Shown here: piece after piece, positions 1 to 10,639 of the stretch | How the letters are laid out: each line of letters starts with the position of its first letter | How positions within the stretch are numbered: the stretch's first letter is position 1 | Source: Geopsychrobacteraceae bacterium | GTDB taxonomy: Bacteria > Desulfobacterota > Desulfuromonadia > Desulfuromonadales > Geopsychrobacteraceae | Assembly: GCA_963676795.2 (NCBI GenBank) | Contig: CAXXTB010000001.1 | Coordinates: forward strand, 928,001 to 992,000 | Length of the DNA: 64,000 nt | Direction of reading: 5' to 3' | Made by a program: the position numbers and the translations under genes | The notes under the pieces: generated by a model | Told to the model about the DNA's origin: nothing | Database searches by the model: none | The model's input: only the letters and a program-made list of their open reading frames with translations

Positions 1-174
1 GGCGGCCTCTCCTGGCAGCAGATCGAAGTCAGGCGCGACGAGCTTGGTTGCCCGTCTCTTTTTCTGAGCGGGTATGCTGCTGAACTGTTGCACCAACGCG
101 GTATCCGTACGACTCATCTCAGTTATTCTCATGACGGCAATTATGCCGTAGCTACGGTGATTCTGGAGGACTGA
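1..174 (+). CDS. acpS: Holo-ACP synthase, 3' part (truncated by window start)
   Basis: Frame 1 reads GGLSWQQIEVRRDELGCPSL...HLSYSHDGNYAVATVILED*, the AcpS C-terminal SxSHD motif. The stop overlaps the next ATG (TGATG). Confidence 0.9.
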   Translation, partial: GGLSWQQIEVRRDELGCPSLFLSGYAAELLHQRGIRTTHLSYSHDGNYAVATVILED

Positions 175-1739
175 TGCGACTCTGTACTGCCCGAGAAATG
201 ATGCTTGCCGACCAGTGGGCGATAAAGACCCTGGGGATTCCCGGGGCGGCCCTGATGGAGACGGCCGGCCGTTATTGCGCTGAAGTGTTTGTCGAAAAAT
301 TTGCCGAACTCTTTCCCGGACCGGTGCTGATTGTCGCGGGCAAGGGAAATAACGGTGGTGACGGTTATGTCGTTGCCCGGATCCTTGCCGATCAGGGCTG
401 GGAGGTCTCAACCTGCGTGTTGGCAAGGCCTGAACAGGTCGGCGGCGACGCGGCCCTGATGCTCAAGGTTCTGCAGCGCCTGCATCCTGAATGTCTGCTG
501 TTTGTGACCGATGAGGATGACCTGGAGCAGATTTTTGTCGAACGCTCAGCGGATGTTATTGTCGATGCCATCTTCGGAACCGGACTGCAATCGGAGGTTC
601 AGGGGCTTCAGGCAGCCGCTATCCGCTGTATAAACGCGGCTGATGTGCCGGTCCTGGCCGTCGATATCCCGTCCGGGGTCGACGGCTCAACGGGGCGGAT
701 CTGTGGTCTGGCTGTCCAGGCCGATGTCACTGTGACCTTTGACCGGGCCAAGATCGGTCATGGCAGTCAACCCGGCGCTGCCCGGGTCGGTGAGCTGCAC
801 TTGGTCGATATCGGTATCCCGCACAGTGGCCGGCCACGGCTGGAAAGCCGCGTCCGCATCATCCAGGATGAAGATGCCTCGGCTTTTTTGCCGCGCCGTC
901 CGGTCACCGGCCACAAGGGGCGTTTCGGCCATCTGCTCCTGGTCGGCGGTTCGACCGGCAAAAGCGGTGCCGCTGCTCTGGCGGGCGACGCCGCCGTGCG
1001 CAGTGGCTGTGGCCTGGTTACCGTTGCCGTGCCGGAGTCGCTTCATGACATCATCGAAGTCAAGCTGACCGAAGCGATGAGTGTGCCGTTGCCTGCTGAA
1101 CAGGGGCTGTTGCTGGAAGCGGCTGGCGCTAAAATTCTAGAGCTTGCTGCCGAACGCCAGGCGCTGGCCTTCGGGCCGGGACTTGGACAGTCCCCAGGGT
1201 TGAGATCGTTGCTCACCGAGCTGCTGGACTCCCTCGCTCTGCCCATGGTGATCGATGCCGATGGTCTCAACCTGCTCTGTGGTCAGCTTGATCAGCTGAA
1301 ACGGCGCAGGACCGGAATGCTGGTGCTGACCCCTCATCCGGGTGAGATGGCGCGGATGTGTGAGATCTCCGTCGCTGAACTGGAGGCGGACCGCTTTGAG
1401 CTGGCCTCCGCCTTTGCCCGTAAATACGAGGTGGTTCTGCTCCTCAAGGGGGCGCGAACCCTGATTGCTGCGCCGGACGGTCGTGTTAATATTAATGTAA
1501 CCGGCAACGCCGGATTGGCGACCGGCGGCAGCGGGGATGTCCTGACCGGCCTTCTCGGTGGTCTGCTCGCCCAGGGTTTACCGGCCTTTGAAGCGGCCAG
1601 CCTGGCTGCCTGGCTGCACGGTCGCGCCGCAGAACGTTTGAGTGATAATTTGGGTACGGCCGGCCTGGCTGCATCTGACCTGCTTATGCAGTTGCCACAG
1701 GCCCGGAGGGAACTTGAGAAAGGAGACGCCCCATGCTGA
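174..1739 (+). CDS. nnr: Bifunctional NAD(P)H-hydrate epimerase/dehydratase
   Basis: YjeF N-terminal GKGNNGGDG and DIPSG motifs; carbohydrate-kinase-like C-terminal GHKG, TPHPGE and GGSGDVL. Confidence 0.95.
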   Translation: MRLCTAREMMLADQWAIKTLGIPGAALMETAGRYCAEVFVEKFAELFPGPVLIVAGKGNNGGDGYVVARILADQGWEVSTCVLARPEQVGGDAALMLKVLQRLHPECLLFVTDEDDLEQIFVERSADVIVDAIFGTGLQSEVQGLQAAAIRCINAADVPVLAVDIPSGVDGSTGRICGLAVQADVTVTFDRAKIGHGSQPGAARVGELHLVDIGIPHSGRPRLESRVRIIQDEDASAFLPRRPVTGHKGRFGHLLLVGGSTGKSGAAALAGDAAVRSGCGLVTVAVPESLHDIIEVKLTEAMSVPLPAEQGLLLEAAGAKILELAAERQALAFGPGLGQSPGLRSLLTELLDSLALPMVIDADGLNLLCGQLDQLKRRRTGMLVLTPHPGEMARMCEISVAELEADRFELASAFARKYEVVLLLKGARTLIAAPDGRVNINVTGNAGLATGGSGDVLTGLLGGLLAQGLPAFEAASLAAWLHGRAAERLSDNLGTAGLAASDLLMQLPQARRELEKGDAPC

Positions 1740-2182
1740 CAGCACGCGACATCATGACTAAAGAGGTGGTTACAGTCACAACCGACACCAGTATTGAAGA
1801 GCTGGCCAAAACCTTTGTTTCAAGCGGGCACAGTTCGTTTCCTGTCCTCGACGGCGGCGGTAAACTGATCGGTATTGTCTCGGAAACCGATCTGATCGAG
1901 CAGCAGAAGCCATTGCATATCCCGACGGTTATCGCCCTGTTTGACTGGGTGTTCTACCTCGAAAGCGAAAAGAATTTCAGGCATGAGGTCGACCGGATTA
2001 CCGCGACGACCGTTGGTGAGATCTGCGGCAAAAAACCGGTGACCTGTGCACCCGACACCGATGTGCGTGAGCTGGCCGGACTGATGAGTCAGAACAGGGT
2101 TCATCTGCTGCCGGTTATTGAAGATGGAGAAATGGTCGGTGTTGTCGCCCGTCTTGATCTGATCCGCTCGATGGAGATGTAG
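1733..2182 (+). CDS. CBS-domain pair protein
   Basis: Two CBS repeats (ARDIMTKEV...FPVLD...LIGIVSETDL; LLPVIE...GVVARLDL). Confidence 0.9.
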   Translation: MLTARDIMTKEVVTVTTDTSIEELAKTFVSSGHSSFPVLDGGGKLIGIVSETDLIEQQKPLHIPTVIALFDWVFYLESEKNFRHEVDRITATTVGEICGKKPVTCAPDTDVRELAGLMSQNRVHLLPVIEDGEMVGVVARLDLIRSMEM

Positions 2183-2183
2183 C

Positions 2184-2684
2184 TTGAGCGAGATTGAAAT
2201 CGTCAGCGAGTCGGAAGAGCAGACCCAGTGGCTTGGTTCTCTGCTTGGACAGCTTCTGCCGGGTCCTCTGCCGATCATGCTGCAGGGGACGCTCGGGGCT
2301 GGTAAGTCGGTCCTCGCCCGCGGCATCGCCAGAGGGCTCGGGGTTCCTGATAATGTGCCGATCACCAGCCCGACCTTTACCCTGATGAATCACTATCCGG
2401 CGCGCTTCGACCTGTATCATTTCGATCTCTACCGTCTCAGCGATTCCGATGAGCTGCTTGAGATCGGTTTCGACGAGTTCGCTTTTGGTGCCGGTGTGGC
2501 GCTGATCGAGTGGCCTGAGCGGCTCGAAGATGAATCGGTGTTCGGACTCTGGCTCTTTTTGACGCCGCTTGACGAACAGCGCCGCTCAATACGTCTTGTC
2601 GCCAAAGGGGACGAGGCAGAAAACCTGCTGAGGCTCTTGCGTCCGGAGCTGAACGGTTTTAGTCTGGAGCACCATCACCTGTGA
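2184..2684 (+). CDS. tsaE: tRNA t6A biosynthesis ATPase TsaE
   Basis: GTLGAGKS Walker A; SPTFTL, HFDLYRL and IEW motifs. Confidence 0.95.
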   Translation: MSEIEIVSESEEQTQWLGSLLGQLLPGPLPIMLQGTLGAGKSVLARGIARGLGVPDNVPITSPTFTLMNHYPARFDLYHFDLYRLSDSDELLEIGFDEFAFGAGVALIEWPERLEDESVFGLWLFLTPLDEQRRSIRLVAKGDEAENLLRLLRPELNGFSLEHHHL

Positions 2685-2824
2685 CGGCAGGCTTAAAGAA
2701 AAAGTTTTGACCAGCAGGTGAAATCCTGATATTAAGTGGCTCTTTTAGGCTTGTTTTAGCGTCTAAATGCCGACATTAGCGATGCTTTTGTCGGTTTTTC
2801 CTGATAAGGAGGAAGTAAAAAGTT

Positions 2825-4057
2825 ATGGCCCTGGTTGTTCAGAAATATGGTGGCACCTCGGTAGGTACGGTTGAGCGTATCCGTAACGTGGCTCGCCGGG
2901 TGGCCAAAACCTATGATGACGGCAACGATGTCGTTGTTATCGTGTCGGCCATGTCGGGCGAGACCAATCGTCTCGTCGCTCTCGCCGAAGAGGTCTGTGA
3001 GTTTCCCAACGAGCGTGAATACGATGTTCTGGTCTCCACCGGTGAACAGGTAACTATCGCCCTGCTGGCGATGTGCCTGCAGTCGATGGGCTACAATGCC
3101 AAGAGTTATCTCGGCGACCAGATCCCGATGATCACTGACAGCGCGCATTCCAAGGCGCGGATCAAGAGCATCGACGACAAAAAGATTCGTGAGGACCTCA
3201 AAAGCGGTACGATCATCGTTGTTGCCGGCTTCCAGGGGGTTGACGAAGATGGGAACATCACCACGCTCGGTCGCGGTGGCTCCGATACCTCGGCTGTCGC
3301 CATCGCTGCGGGCCTCAAGGCCGATGTCTGCGAGATCTATACCGACGTCGACGGGGTCTATACCACCGATCCGCGGATTGTCCCTGAAGCGCGTAAGATC
3401 GACCGGATTTCCTACGAGGAGATGCTCGAAATGGCGTCCCTGGGAGCGAAGATTCTGCAGATCCGCAGCGTCGAATTTGCCAAAAAATACAACGTCGTTA
3501 TTCATGTGCGCACCAGCTTCGACGACAGACCTGGTACGCTCGTTATGAAGGAGGATTCAGAGATGGAGACCGTACTGGTTTCAGGTGTTACCTACAACAA
3601 GGATGAAGCAAAGATCAGCATCTTCGGTGTGCCGGATCAGCCGGGTATTGCCGCACAGATCTTTTCGCCATTGAGCAACAACAATATTACCGTCGACATG
3701 ATCATTCAGAATGTCTCCAAGGACGGCGCAACCGACATGACCTTCACCGTGCCGAAGAGCGACTGCAAGAAGGCGGTGCAGATTATTGAAGAGGTCGCAC
3801 CGAAGATTGGTGCTCAGGGTGTCAGCCACGATACCAGTATCTCCAAGGTATCGATCGTCGGTGTCGGTATGCGTTCCCATTCCGGCGTTGCCAGCACCAT
3901 GTTCGAATCGCTGTCTCGCGAAGGGATCAACATCGAGATGATCTCGACCAGCGAAATCAAGACCTCCTGTATTATCGATTCCAAGTACACCGAACTGGCC
4001 GTTCGCGTCCTGCACCAAGCTTTCGGTCTTGATCGCCAGGATAATGAAGAAGAGTAA
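2825..4057 (+). CDS. lysC: Aspartate kinase
   Basis: [17 protein letters not shown], two C-terminal ACT domains; GGAGG RBS. Confidence 0.97.
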   Translation: MALVVQKYGGTSVGTVERIRNVARRVAKTYDDGNDVVVIVSAMSGETNRLVALAEEVCEFPNEREYDVLVSTGEQVTIALLAMCLQSMGYNAKSYLGDQIPMITDSAHSKARIKSIDDKKIREDLKSGTIIVVAGFQGVDEDGNITTLGRGGSDTSAVAIAAGLKADVCEIYTDVDGVYTTDPRIVPEARKIDRISYEEMLEMASLGAKILQIRSVEFAKKYNVVIHVRTSFDDRPGTLVMKEDSEMETVLVSGVTYNKDEAKISIFGVPDQPGIAAQIFSPLSNNNITVDMIIQNVSKDGATDMTFTVPKSDCKKAVQIIEEVAPKIGAQGVSHDTSISKVSIVGVGMRSHSGVASTMFESLSREGINIEMISTSEIKTSCIIDSKYTELAVRVLHQAFGLDRQDNEEE

Positions 4058-4081
4058 GCAGAGCAAAAAGGATAGTCAGTG

Positions 4082-5650
4082 ATGAACCGGGTACAGCTAT
4101 ACGACACAACCTTGCGGGATGGAACTCAGGCAGAGGATATCTCGTTTCAGGTTGAGGATAAGGTCCTGATTGCCAAGCGTCTCGATGAGCTGGGGATCGA
4201 TTATATCGAAGGCGGCTGGCCCGGTTCGAATCCGAAAGACATCGACTTTTTTCAGGCGATAAAGAGAGAGAAACTGCGTCACAGCAAGATCTCCGCTTTC
4301 GGATCGACGCGTAGAGCTAGTGTCGCTGCACAGGATGACACCAATATCCGCATGCTTCTCGACGCCGAGCCGGATGTCGTTACCATTTTCGGCAAGACCT
4401 GGGATTTTCATGTCACCGAGGCTCTGCGTATCTCGCTTGAGGAGAACCTTGAACTGATCCATGATTCTCTCCTCTATCTCAAAGAGCGGATTGGGGAAGT
4501 TGTTTACGACGCCGAGCATTTTTTTGACGGCTATAAGAAAAATCCCGATTATGCGCTGAGGACCCTTGAAGCCGCAGCTGCGGCCAATGCCGACTGTATC
4601 GTGCTCTGTGATACCAACGGCGGAACCCTGCCGCAGGAGATTCCGGCGATCATGGCTGCAGTGCAGAAGGTTGTCAAGGTTCCACTGGGAATCCACGCTC
4701 ACAACGACAGCGAATGTGCCGTCGCCAATTCACTTGTTGCTATCGAGTCTGGTGCCGTTCATGTTCAGGGCACCATGAACGGTTTCGGTGAGCGCTGTGG
4801 CAACGCCAATCTCTGTTCGATCATCCCGGCACTCAAACTCAAGATGGGGTTGGAGTGTCTTGAAAAGGATTCGCTTAAGGTCCTGCGCAAGACCTCGCGT
4901 TATCTCTACGAGTTGGCCAACCTGACGCCCAACAAGCATCAGGCCTATGTCGGCAACTCGGCGTTTGCCCACAAAGGGGGCGTACACGTCTCGGCGATTC
5001 AGCGCCACCCGGAGACCTACGAGCATATCCGTCCAGAACTGGTCGGCAACCAGACCCGTATCCTGATTTCGGACCTGGCTGGCCGCTCCAATATCCTGGC
5101 TAAAGCTGAAGAGTGCGGTATTGAGCTCGACAGTAAAGATCCGGTTACCCTGGAGATTCTTGAGGATATCAAGGAGCTGGAAAACAAGGGCTTTCAGTTC
5201 GAGGGGGCCGAGGCTTCTTTTGAGTTGCTGATGCTCAAGGCGATGGGCAAACTTAAGCACTTCTTCACTGTTTCCGCCTTCCGGGTTATCGATACCCTGC
5301 GTGAGAACGATAGACAGCCGGTTTCCGAAGCGACGATCAAGATCAAGGTCGGCGGCAAGGTTGAGCATACCGCAGCAGACGGAAACGGTCCGGTCAATGC
5401 GCTGGATGCGGCCATGCGCAAAGCGTTGATCAACTTCTATCCGCAGATTGCCGATGTCAAACTGCTCGATTACAAGGTCAGGGTCCTGCCCTCAAGCCAG
5501 GGAACCGATTCTGTCATCCGGGTTCTGGTTGAGTCTGGTGATCATGATGGCCGTTGGGGAACTGTCGGTGTCAGCAGCAACGTTATCGATGCTTCCTATC
5601 AGGCGTTGGCGGATGCATTGATCTACAAGCTCTATAAGGATCATCTTTAA
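4082..5650 (+). CDS. cimA: Citramalate synthase (LeuA/CimA family)
   Basis: [33 protein letters not shown]; follows lysC as in Geobacter-type cimA. Confidence 0.9.
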   Translation: MNRVQLYDTTLRDGTQAEDISFQVEDKVLIAKRLDELGIDYIEGGWPGSNPKDIDFFQAIKREKLRHSKISAFGSTRRASVAAQDDTNIRMLLDAEPDVVTIFGKTWDFHVTEALRISLEENLELIHDSLLYLKERIGEVVYDAEHFFDGYKKNPDYALRTLEAAAAANADCIVLCDTNGGTLPQEIPAIMAAVQKVVKVPLGIHAHNDSECAVANSLVAIESGAVHVQGTMNGFGERCGNANLCSIIPALKLKMGLECLEKDSLKVLRKTSRYLYELANLTPNKHQAYVGNSAFAHKGGVHVSAIQRHPETYEHIRPELVGNQTRILISDLAGRSNILAKAEECGIELDSKDPVTLEILEDIKELENKGFQFEGAEASFELLMLKAMGKLKHFFTVSAFRVIDTLRENDRQPVSEATIKIKVGGKVEHTAADGNGPVNALDAAMRKALINFYPQIADVKLLDYKVRVLPSSQGTDSVIRVLVESGDHDGRWGTVGVSSNVIDASYQALADALIYKLYKDHL

Positions 5651-5767
5651 TCCGTCCCTGAGATAGGCCTGAGCAGCTGCCGGTGGAATCCTGGACCGGC
5701 AGCTGACAGATAGCCGTCAGTCCACTGGCGGCCGGACATTGCAAAGAACAGCCGTCTGTTTTTTCGC

Positions 5768-5932
5768 ATCGTCAAATTCCTAACGCTCCCCCCGGATATC
5801 GTCATTTTTGTGACGATATCCGGGGGGAGCCCAGTTTTTCAGCTTATTCCACTGTTTTTTATCTGTGAATATTGTTCCTGCGAAATTTCGTTAAGCCATT
5901 CACATCCCTTTGATCGTCAATTATTTGGCGAT
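5768..5932. promoter_or_regulatory. Three copies of the palindrome ATCGTCA-N6-TGACGAT (likely enhancer-binding-protein sites)
   Basis: 5768-5787 ATCGTCA aattcc TAACGCT; 5798-5817 perfect ATCGTCA tttttg TGACGAT; 5913-5932 ATCGTCA attatt TGGCGAT. Confidence 0.65.
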
Positions 5933-6017
5933 TATTCTAGTAGTAGTCATTGAGGAAATTTGTACAATTGTACGAACCTCTTGATTTTACGGCTTTTTTT
6001 ATAAATTTAAATTTATT

Positions 6018-6030
6018 TAACTTATTGATT
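6018..6030 (-). promoter_or_regulatory. IHF-type binding site
   Basis: Reverse complement AATCAATAAGTTA matches WATCAANNNNTTR, in an AT-rich tract. Confidence 0.6.
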
Positions 6031-6083
6031 TTTCATCGTTTCCTGATTTTATAAATGATCATGTCAGATGATTTAGAATAACT

Positions 6084-6099
6084 TGGCATGTCCTGTGTA
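6084..6099 (+). promoter_or_regulatory. Putative sigma54 (-24/-12) promoter
   Basis: TGGCATG-tcct-GTGTA: good -24 element; the -12 element has GT instead of GC. Confidence 0.45.
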
Positions 6100-6161
6100 G
6101 ATGCATGTACTGCTACCAAATGAAAAGTTGCTGATTTAATTTTTACTGACAGGAGGTCACG

Positions 6162-6320
6162 ATGAAATGTCCAAAATGCAAAGGAAGAATGTACTCAGAA
6201 AAGTATTATGACTTTGTCCGGGCTTTCGACGCCTGGAAGTGTACGTCCTGCGGAGAGATGATTGATCCAATTATTCTGGCGAACAGAACTCGCCACAATA
6301 ACAATGCCAGAATAGATTGA
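6162..6320 (+). CDS. 52-aa dual-CXXC (zinc-ribbon-like) small protein, not in ORF track
   Basis: AGGAGG RBS at 6151; MKCPKCKGRMYSEKYYDFVRAFDAWKCTSCGEMIDPIILANRTRHNNNARID*; followed by a terminator. Confidence 0.85.
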   Translation: MKCPKCKGRMYSEKYYDFVRAFDAWKCTSCGEMIDPIILANRTRHNNNARID

Positions 6321-6343
6321 TAAAATAACCAAATGGAAATATG

Positions 6344-6372
6344 AAAAGGCCGGAATTCTCCGGCCTTTTTTT
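6344..6372. terminator. Bidirectional intrinsic terminator
   Basis: aaaaggccgga-attc-tccggcctttttt between convergent genes. Confidence 0.8.
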
Positions 6373-6955
6373 ATTTCTTTCTGGACAACGCCAGGCCCGG
6401 AAACAGGCTTCTTTTGGCAATAGGTGGCATGAATGGCTCTTTAACGAAGCGCATGTCTTCGATGGTATAGAAAGCGTTGGGGTTATACTGCTTGATAATG
6501 GTCAGGATTTTTGCCAGGTTTCTGCGCCTGGCAATGGTGAAAATCAGTTTGACCGGACCTTCTACACCTTCAGCATCGACACTGGTGACCCCGTACCCCT
6601 TATCCCTGAGAACAATGACAAGATCGTCGGCCTCCCGGCGGGTTATGACCCGGATCAGAAGGTTGCCCAGGGCGATACGCTCCTCGAGCACGATACCCAC
6701 ATAGTTGCCTGCCGCAAACCCCAGGGCAAAAGCCACATAGGTCTGCCAGGAGGTCAGGTTCTGCATGACCTGGGCAACCGCCAGCAGCCAGATCAGCGAC
6801 TCAAAGAAGCCGAGTACGGCGGCAAAGTACTTCAGCCCCTTGGCAACGAAAATGATTCTCAATGTGCCGATCGAAACATCCAGAATCCTGGCCAGAAAGA
6901 CCAGGACCGGTAACAGGAACAGGCTGAGAGTCGGATTGTCGGCAAAAAACTCCAT
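6371..6955 (-). CDS. DUF2179/DUF5698 (YebE-like) membrane protein
   Basis: ARILDVSIGTLRI, FALGFAAGNYVG and C-terminal GYGVT...PNAF; start re-assigned to MEFFADN after the RBS. Confidence 0.85.
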   Translation of the reverse strand: MEFFADNPTLSLFLLPVLVFLARILDVSIGTLRIIFVAKGLKYFAAVLGFFESLIWLLAVAQVMQNLTSWQTYVAFALGFAAGNYVGIVLEERIALGNLLIRVITRREADDLVIVLRDKGYGVTSVDAEGVEGPVKLIFTIARRRNLAKILTIIKQYNPNAFYTIEDMRFVKEPFMPPIAKRSLFPGLALSRKK

Positions 6956-7074
6956 TGAATTCCTCTTTGACTGCTTAAGTGACGGACCCTGTGTCAATCA
7001 ACAGCTGGTTGGATCACAAAAGACTATAGCCCATCTGGGTGATTTGGCCAAACACTTGGGGAGCGTTTCCCCTG

Positions 7075-7986
7075 CTATAGCTGCTCCGGAGCGAAGCAGA
7101 CCGTTGCGGCAATATCATTCAGGTCGCAGAGCAGCATCACCAGGCGGTCGACACCCAGGGCGATCCCGGCGCTAGGTGGCATCGTGGCGAGTTCGTTAAG
7201 AAAGGGCTCGGGGGACGGGTAGGGCGGTTTGCCTGCTAGGCGCCGTGCGCTCTCATCTGCTGCGAAGCGTGCCCGTTGCTCCTGTACATCGGTCAGTTCG
7301 GAGAAGGCGTTGGCCAGTTCCATGCCGCCGAGGTAGAGCTCAAAACGTTCAGCGACCTTGCTGTTGCCGGGTTTGAGGCGGGCCAGGGCGGCGTGCTCCC
7401 GGGGGTATTCGCAGAGGAACAGCGGCCGGTCTTTAGGCAGGTTCGGCTCGACATGCAAGGCGATCATTTCATCGAAGAGTCCCTGTTCAAGCGCCTGCTC
7501 CATGCTCAGCGGGGCATGGCGGTCAAGGGCCTGGGCAACACTGATCCGCGGCCAGGGTGTTGTCAGGTCGATGGTTTGATTTTGCCAGATCAGGGAATCG
7601 CTCTGAACGATACCAGAAATCAGCACTTCGCAGTCATCCATCAGGCTGTGGTAGTCGCAGTGGCCGCGATACCATTCGAGCATGGTATATTCGGGGAGGT
7701 GGCGATTGCCACGTTCGCCGGCACGCCAGCAGTGGCTGATCTGGTAGATCCGTTCGTAACCGGCGGCAAGCAGGCGCTTCATGCACAGTTCGGGAGAGGT
7801 CTGCAGGAACCAGTCTTCGGACGCAACTGCATCGATGTACAGTTCGGGCGCGTTGGCCGGGACGCGCAGCGGGGTCTCGACCTCGAGAAAGTTGCGCGCC
7901 ATGAAGAAAGCCCGGATCTGATGAATGATCCGGGCTCTGGCTTCGAGGGTCTGGCGTTTTCTGCTCAACTGCCAGTTGGGTTCCAC
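7075..7986 (-). CDS. epmA: EF-P lysine aminoacylase EpmA/GenX
   Basis: LQTSPELCMKRLL, ERFELY, GIALGVDRL; LysRS catalytic domain only, next to efp. Confidence 0.93.
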   Translation of the reverse strand: MEPNWQLSRKRQTLEARARIIHQIRAFFMARNFLEVETPLRVPANAPELYIDAVASEDWFLQTSPELCMKRLLAAGYERIYQISHCWRAGERGNRHLPEYTMLEWYRGHCDYHSLMDDCEVLISGIVQSDSLIWQNQTIDLTTPWPRISVAQALDRHAPLSMEQALEQGLFDEMIALHVEPNLPKDRPLFLCEYPREHAALARLKPGNSKVAERFELYLGGMELANAFSELTDVQEQRARFAADESARRLAGKPPYPSPEPFLNELATMPPSAGIALGVDRLVMLLCDLNDIAATVCFAPEQL

Positions 7987-7989
7987 AAC

Positions 7990-8553
7990 TTATTCCTTGA
8001 CGCGGGTCGAGTATTCGCCGGTGCGGGTGTCGATCTGGATCAGGATTCCTTCTTCGACGAAGGATGGAACCTGCAGGGTGTAGCCGGTTTCCACGGTCGC
8101 CGGTTTGTTGTTGCCGGCAGCGGTATCGCCTTTGACCCACGGATCGGCCTGGGTGACGCGCAGGGTGACGAAGTTCGGCAGGCTGATGCCGATGCCACGA
8201 TCGCCGTGCATCAGGATGCTGACGTCCATATTGTCGATCAGGAAATACTTGTCGTCACCGAGAGTTGCTTCATCCAGGGTGATCTGTTCGTAATTTTTCT
8301 TGTCCATGAAGACATAGCCGTTTTCATCCTGGTAAAGGTACTGCATGTCGCGCTCTTCCAGGCTGGCCGGTTCAAACGACTCGCCACTGCGATAGGTGCG
8401 ATCGAACAGGGAGCCGGTGATCATGTTACGCAGCTTGCATTTATAGAGAGCCTGGCCTTTGCCCGGCTTGGTGAAATCGTATTGGACGATGACGTGCGGA
8501 TCACCGTCGATCATCAGTTTCAGCCCTTTTTTCAGGTCGGAACAGGTGTACAT
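7990..8553 (-). CDS. efp: Elongation factor P
   Basis: KPGKG loop, KGDTA, KPATVETG, IDTRTGEY. Confidence 0.97.
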   Translation of the reverse strand: MYTCSDLKKGLKLMIDGDPHVIVQYDFTKPGKGQALYKCKLRNMITGSLFDRTYRSGESFEPASLEERDMQYLYQDENGYVFMDKKNYEQITLDEATLGDDKYFLIDNMDVSILMHGDRGIGISLPNFVTLRVTQADPWVKGDTAAGNNKPATVETGYTLQVPSFVEEGILIQIDTRTGEYSTRVKE

Positions 8554-8718
8554 TTCATACTCCTTTAAAGTCTACACATCGTATTGGGTTTTTAGAACGC
8601 GCATTAAATCACAAGACAACTAGCTTTGTCACCGAAAAACGGCCATTTAGCCTGATTCTGCCCGCCCGGGGCAACTGGGATATTTCCCTGGGTCCCTATG
8701 GGGTGCCGGAATATTCAA

Positions 8719-10002
8719 CTATTCAGATCTGCTGAAGCGGCGCTGCTGGAGAAAAAGGTAGCTGCATTCGATCAGCTCAGCCAGTAGCAGCAGGAGGATG
8801 CCGATGATGATGCCTGACACAGCTAGCGGCCAGTGCAGTAGCGGCCACCAGCAGAGCAGCAGAAAGGTGCACTTGAGCATGGTCGAGTGGCCCAGCTTGC
8901 CGGTCTTGCCGGTTGCCGAAAACCAGCCGCGCAGCAGGTTGGTGAAGGCGTAGAGCAGCGGGAAGAGACTGCAACAGCCCAGTCCTGTGACCAGGTAATT
9001 GCGCAGGTCGGCTTCAACACCGAGCAGGCGGCCGAAGATTATGCTGTTCAGCGGACCGGCCGTGAGTAACACGAGGATGCCCATGCCGATGGCTGTAAAG
9101 AGGCTGAAACGGAACAGCTTCGAGGTATCGGCCGGTTGGCGGACCAGGGTCAGGTAGGCCTGTTGCAGGTTGCGCATCGGGCCGGCGAGGAGAAAGATAA
9201 AGCCGCGGATAACGCCGAAGGCGGCCAGGGCCAGGGTGCCGTCTGAAAAACGGCCGATGATCGCGCTGATCAGCAGCGGGATGGTCTGTTGCAGGGAGGA
9301 GGAATAAGCTAGAGGCAGGGCGTATCTGAAAATCTCTGCGAAGCTTTTCTCCTCTGCGTCAGGCGCAAACGGCTGGCGCACTCTCCAGGCCAGCCAGGCG
9401 ATGGACAGGGATTCGGTGATAACACAACTGACCAGGGCGAAAGCGCCAAGCTGTGCCCCGGTAAACCAGTGCTGGCCAACGGCCAGGTAGAAAAGCAGAG
9501 CAACGACGCGAACACCCGTGGCAAGCGAAACCAGTCCGGTTCTCCTCGCCCGGATCAGAAAGCCCTGGCAGAGATAGCGAAAGCCGGTAAAGAAAGGCAG
9601 AATGGCCAGCAGCTTGATGGCGTTACGCGCCTCAACGGCGACTGCGGGGGAGGCGCCCATCAGTTTGATGATAATCAGCTCGCCGAGTGGCGAATAGGCG
9701 ATCAGGATGAGCAGGATCGAGATATAGCAGGCCATCATCAGGATAAAGAAAATGACCCCGATCAGCGATTTTCTCCCCCGCGCCATGGTGATGGTCACCG
9801 TGTGATTCTGAAAGGCCGCAGAGGCGACAAAGATGTGGATAACCATGGCCACCGACATGCCGGCCAGGGCTGTAACATAGTTATCGAGCCTGGCCAGGGC
9901 ACCATTGATAATGGTGTGGGAAATGCTCATCAGCTGGACATTCAGAACCAGCGGAAAGAAAAAAAGCGAAAGTTCCCTGTAGGTGATGGTTTTGTCGGTC
10001 AC
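8719..10002 (-). CDS. MATE/MOP-superfamily membrane transporter
   Basis: About 12 hydrophobic segments with internal duplication (FFFPLVLN / YALPLAYS). Confidence 0.7.
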   Translation of the reverse strand: MTDKTITYRELSLFFFPLVLNVQLMSISHTIINGALARLDNYVTALAGMSVAMVIHIFVASAAFQNHTVTITMARGRKSLIGVIFFILMMACYISILLILIAYSPLGELIIIKLMGASPAVAVEARNAIKLLAILPFFTGFRYLCQGFLIRARRTGLVSLATGVRVVALLFYLAVGQHWFTGAQLGAFALVSCVITESLSIAWLAWRVRQPFAPDAEEKSFAEIFRYALPLAYSSSLQQTIPLLISAIIGRFSDGTLALAAFGVIRGFIFLLAGPMRNLQQAYLTLVRQPADTSKLFRFSLFTAIGMGILVLLTAGPLNSIIFGRLLGVEADLRNYLVTGLGCCSLFPLLYAFTNLLRGWFSATGKTGKLGHSTMLKCTFLLLCWWPLLHWPLAVSGIIIGILLLLLAELIECSYLFLQQRRFSRSE

Positions 10003-10005
10003 GGA

Positions 10006-10638
10006 TTATCCGGGGAAAAGAGTGAGCAGCTCCGTCGCTGCAGCGACCTGGTAGTCGGAACTTAAGCCGCCATTGTTGCCCATACCGTAGGAGCAGAAGC
10101 AGGTTGCAATGCCGGCGCCCTGACCGGCTTTGAGGTCGGTATGATGATCGCCGATCATGATACTGCGCTGCGGGTCGGCACCAAGAATCTTGAGTGCTTC
10201 GAACACCGGCTCGGGATCCGGTTTTTTGCAGGGCAGGCTGTCCCCGCCGATAACAACGCCGAACTTGCCTATCAGTCCAAGGCCGGTGAGCAGATCGACC
10301 GACAGCTGGTAAGGTTTGTTGGTCACCACGCCAAGCCGGCTGGCCGGATAGCGGGAGAGCAGTTCTTCAATCCCGGGATAACAGAGGGTCTGATCGAGCA
10401 GGTGTTCGGCATAGATGGCCAGAAAACGGCCTGTCAGTTCAGGACGGAACTGCTCGCCGACAGCACGCTGGACCAGGACCGAGGCTCCGTCGCCAACCAT
10501 TGCGGCGGTCTGCGCCAGGCTCAGAGGAAACAGCCCCAACTCATGGCGAAGCAGATTGACGGATCTGGCCAGGTCAGGGACCGAATCGACCAGGGTGCCG
10601 TCGAGATCGAAAAGCAGATAATCAAAGTCAGGCTGCAT
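10006..10638 (-). CDS. gph: HAD hydrolase, phosphoglycolate phosphatase-like
   Basis: FDLDGTLVDS, VTNK, KKPDP, MIGD. Confidence 0.8.
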   Translation of the reverse strand: MQPDFDYLLFDLDGTLVDSVPDLARSVNLLRHELGLFPLSLAQTAAMVGDGASVLVQRAVGEQFRPELTGRFLAIYAEHLLDQTLCYPGIEELLSRYPASRLGVVTNKPYQLSVDLLTGLGLIGKFGVVIGGDSLPCKKPDPEPVFEALKILGADPQRSIMIGDHHTDLKAGQGAGIATCFCSYGMGNNGGLSSDYQVAAATELLTLFPG

Positions 10639-10639
10639 G

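Noticed and set aside
7075..8553. efp-epmA without adjacent epmB
   Set aside because: epmB may lie elsewhere in the genome; its absence cannot be judged from this window.
7276..8568. 430-aa + strand ORF and the many other long antisense ORFs (e.g. 13864-14883, 55539-56834, 62466-63800)
   Set aside because: Shadow frames opposite well-supported genes, expected from high-GC codon bias; no motifs.
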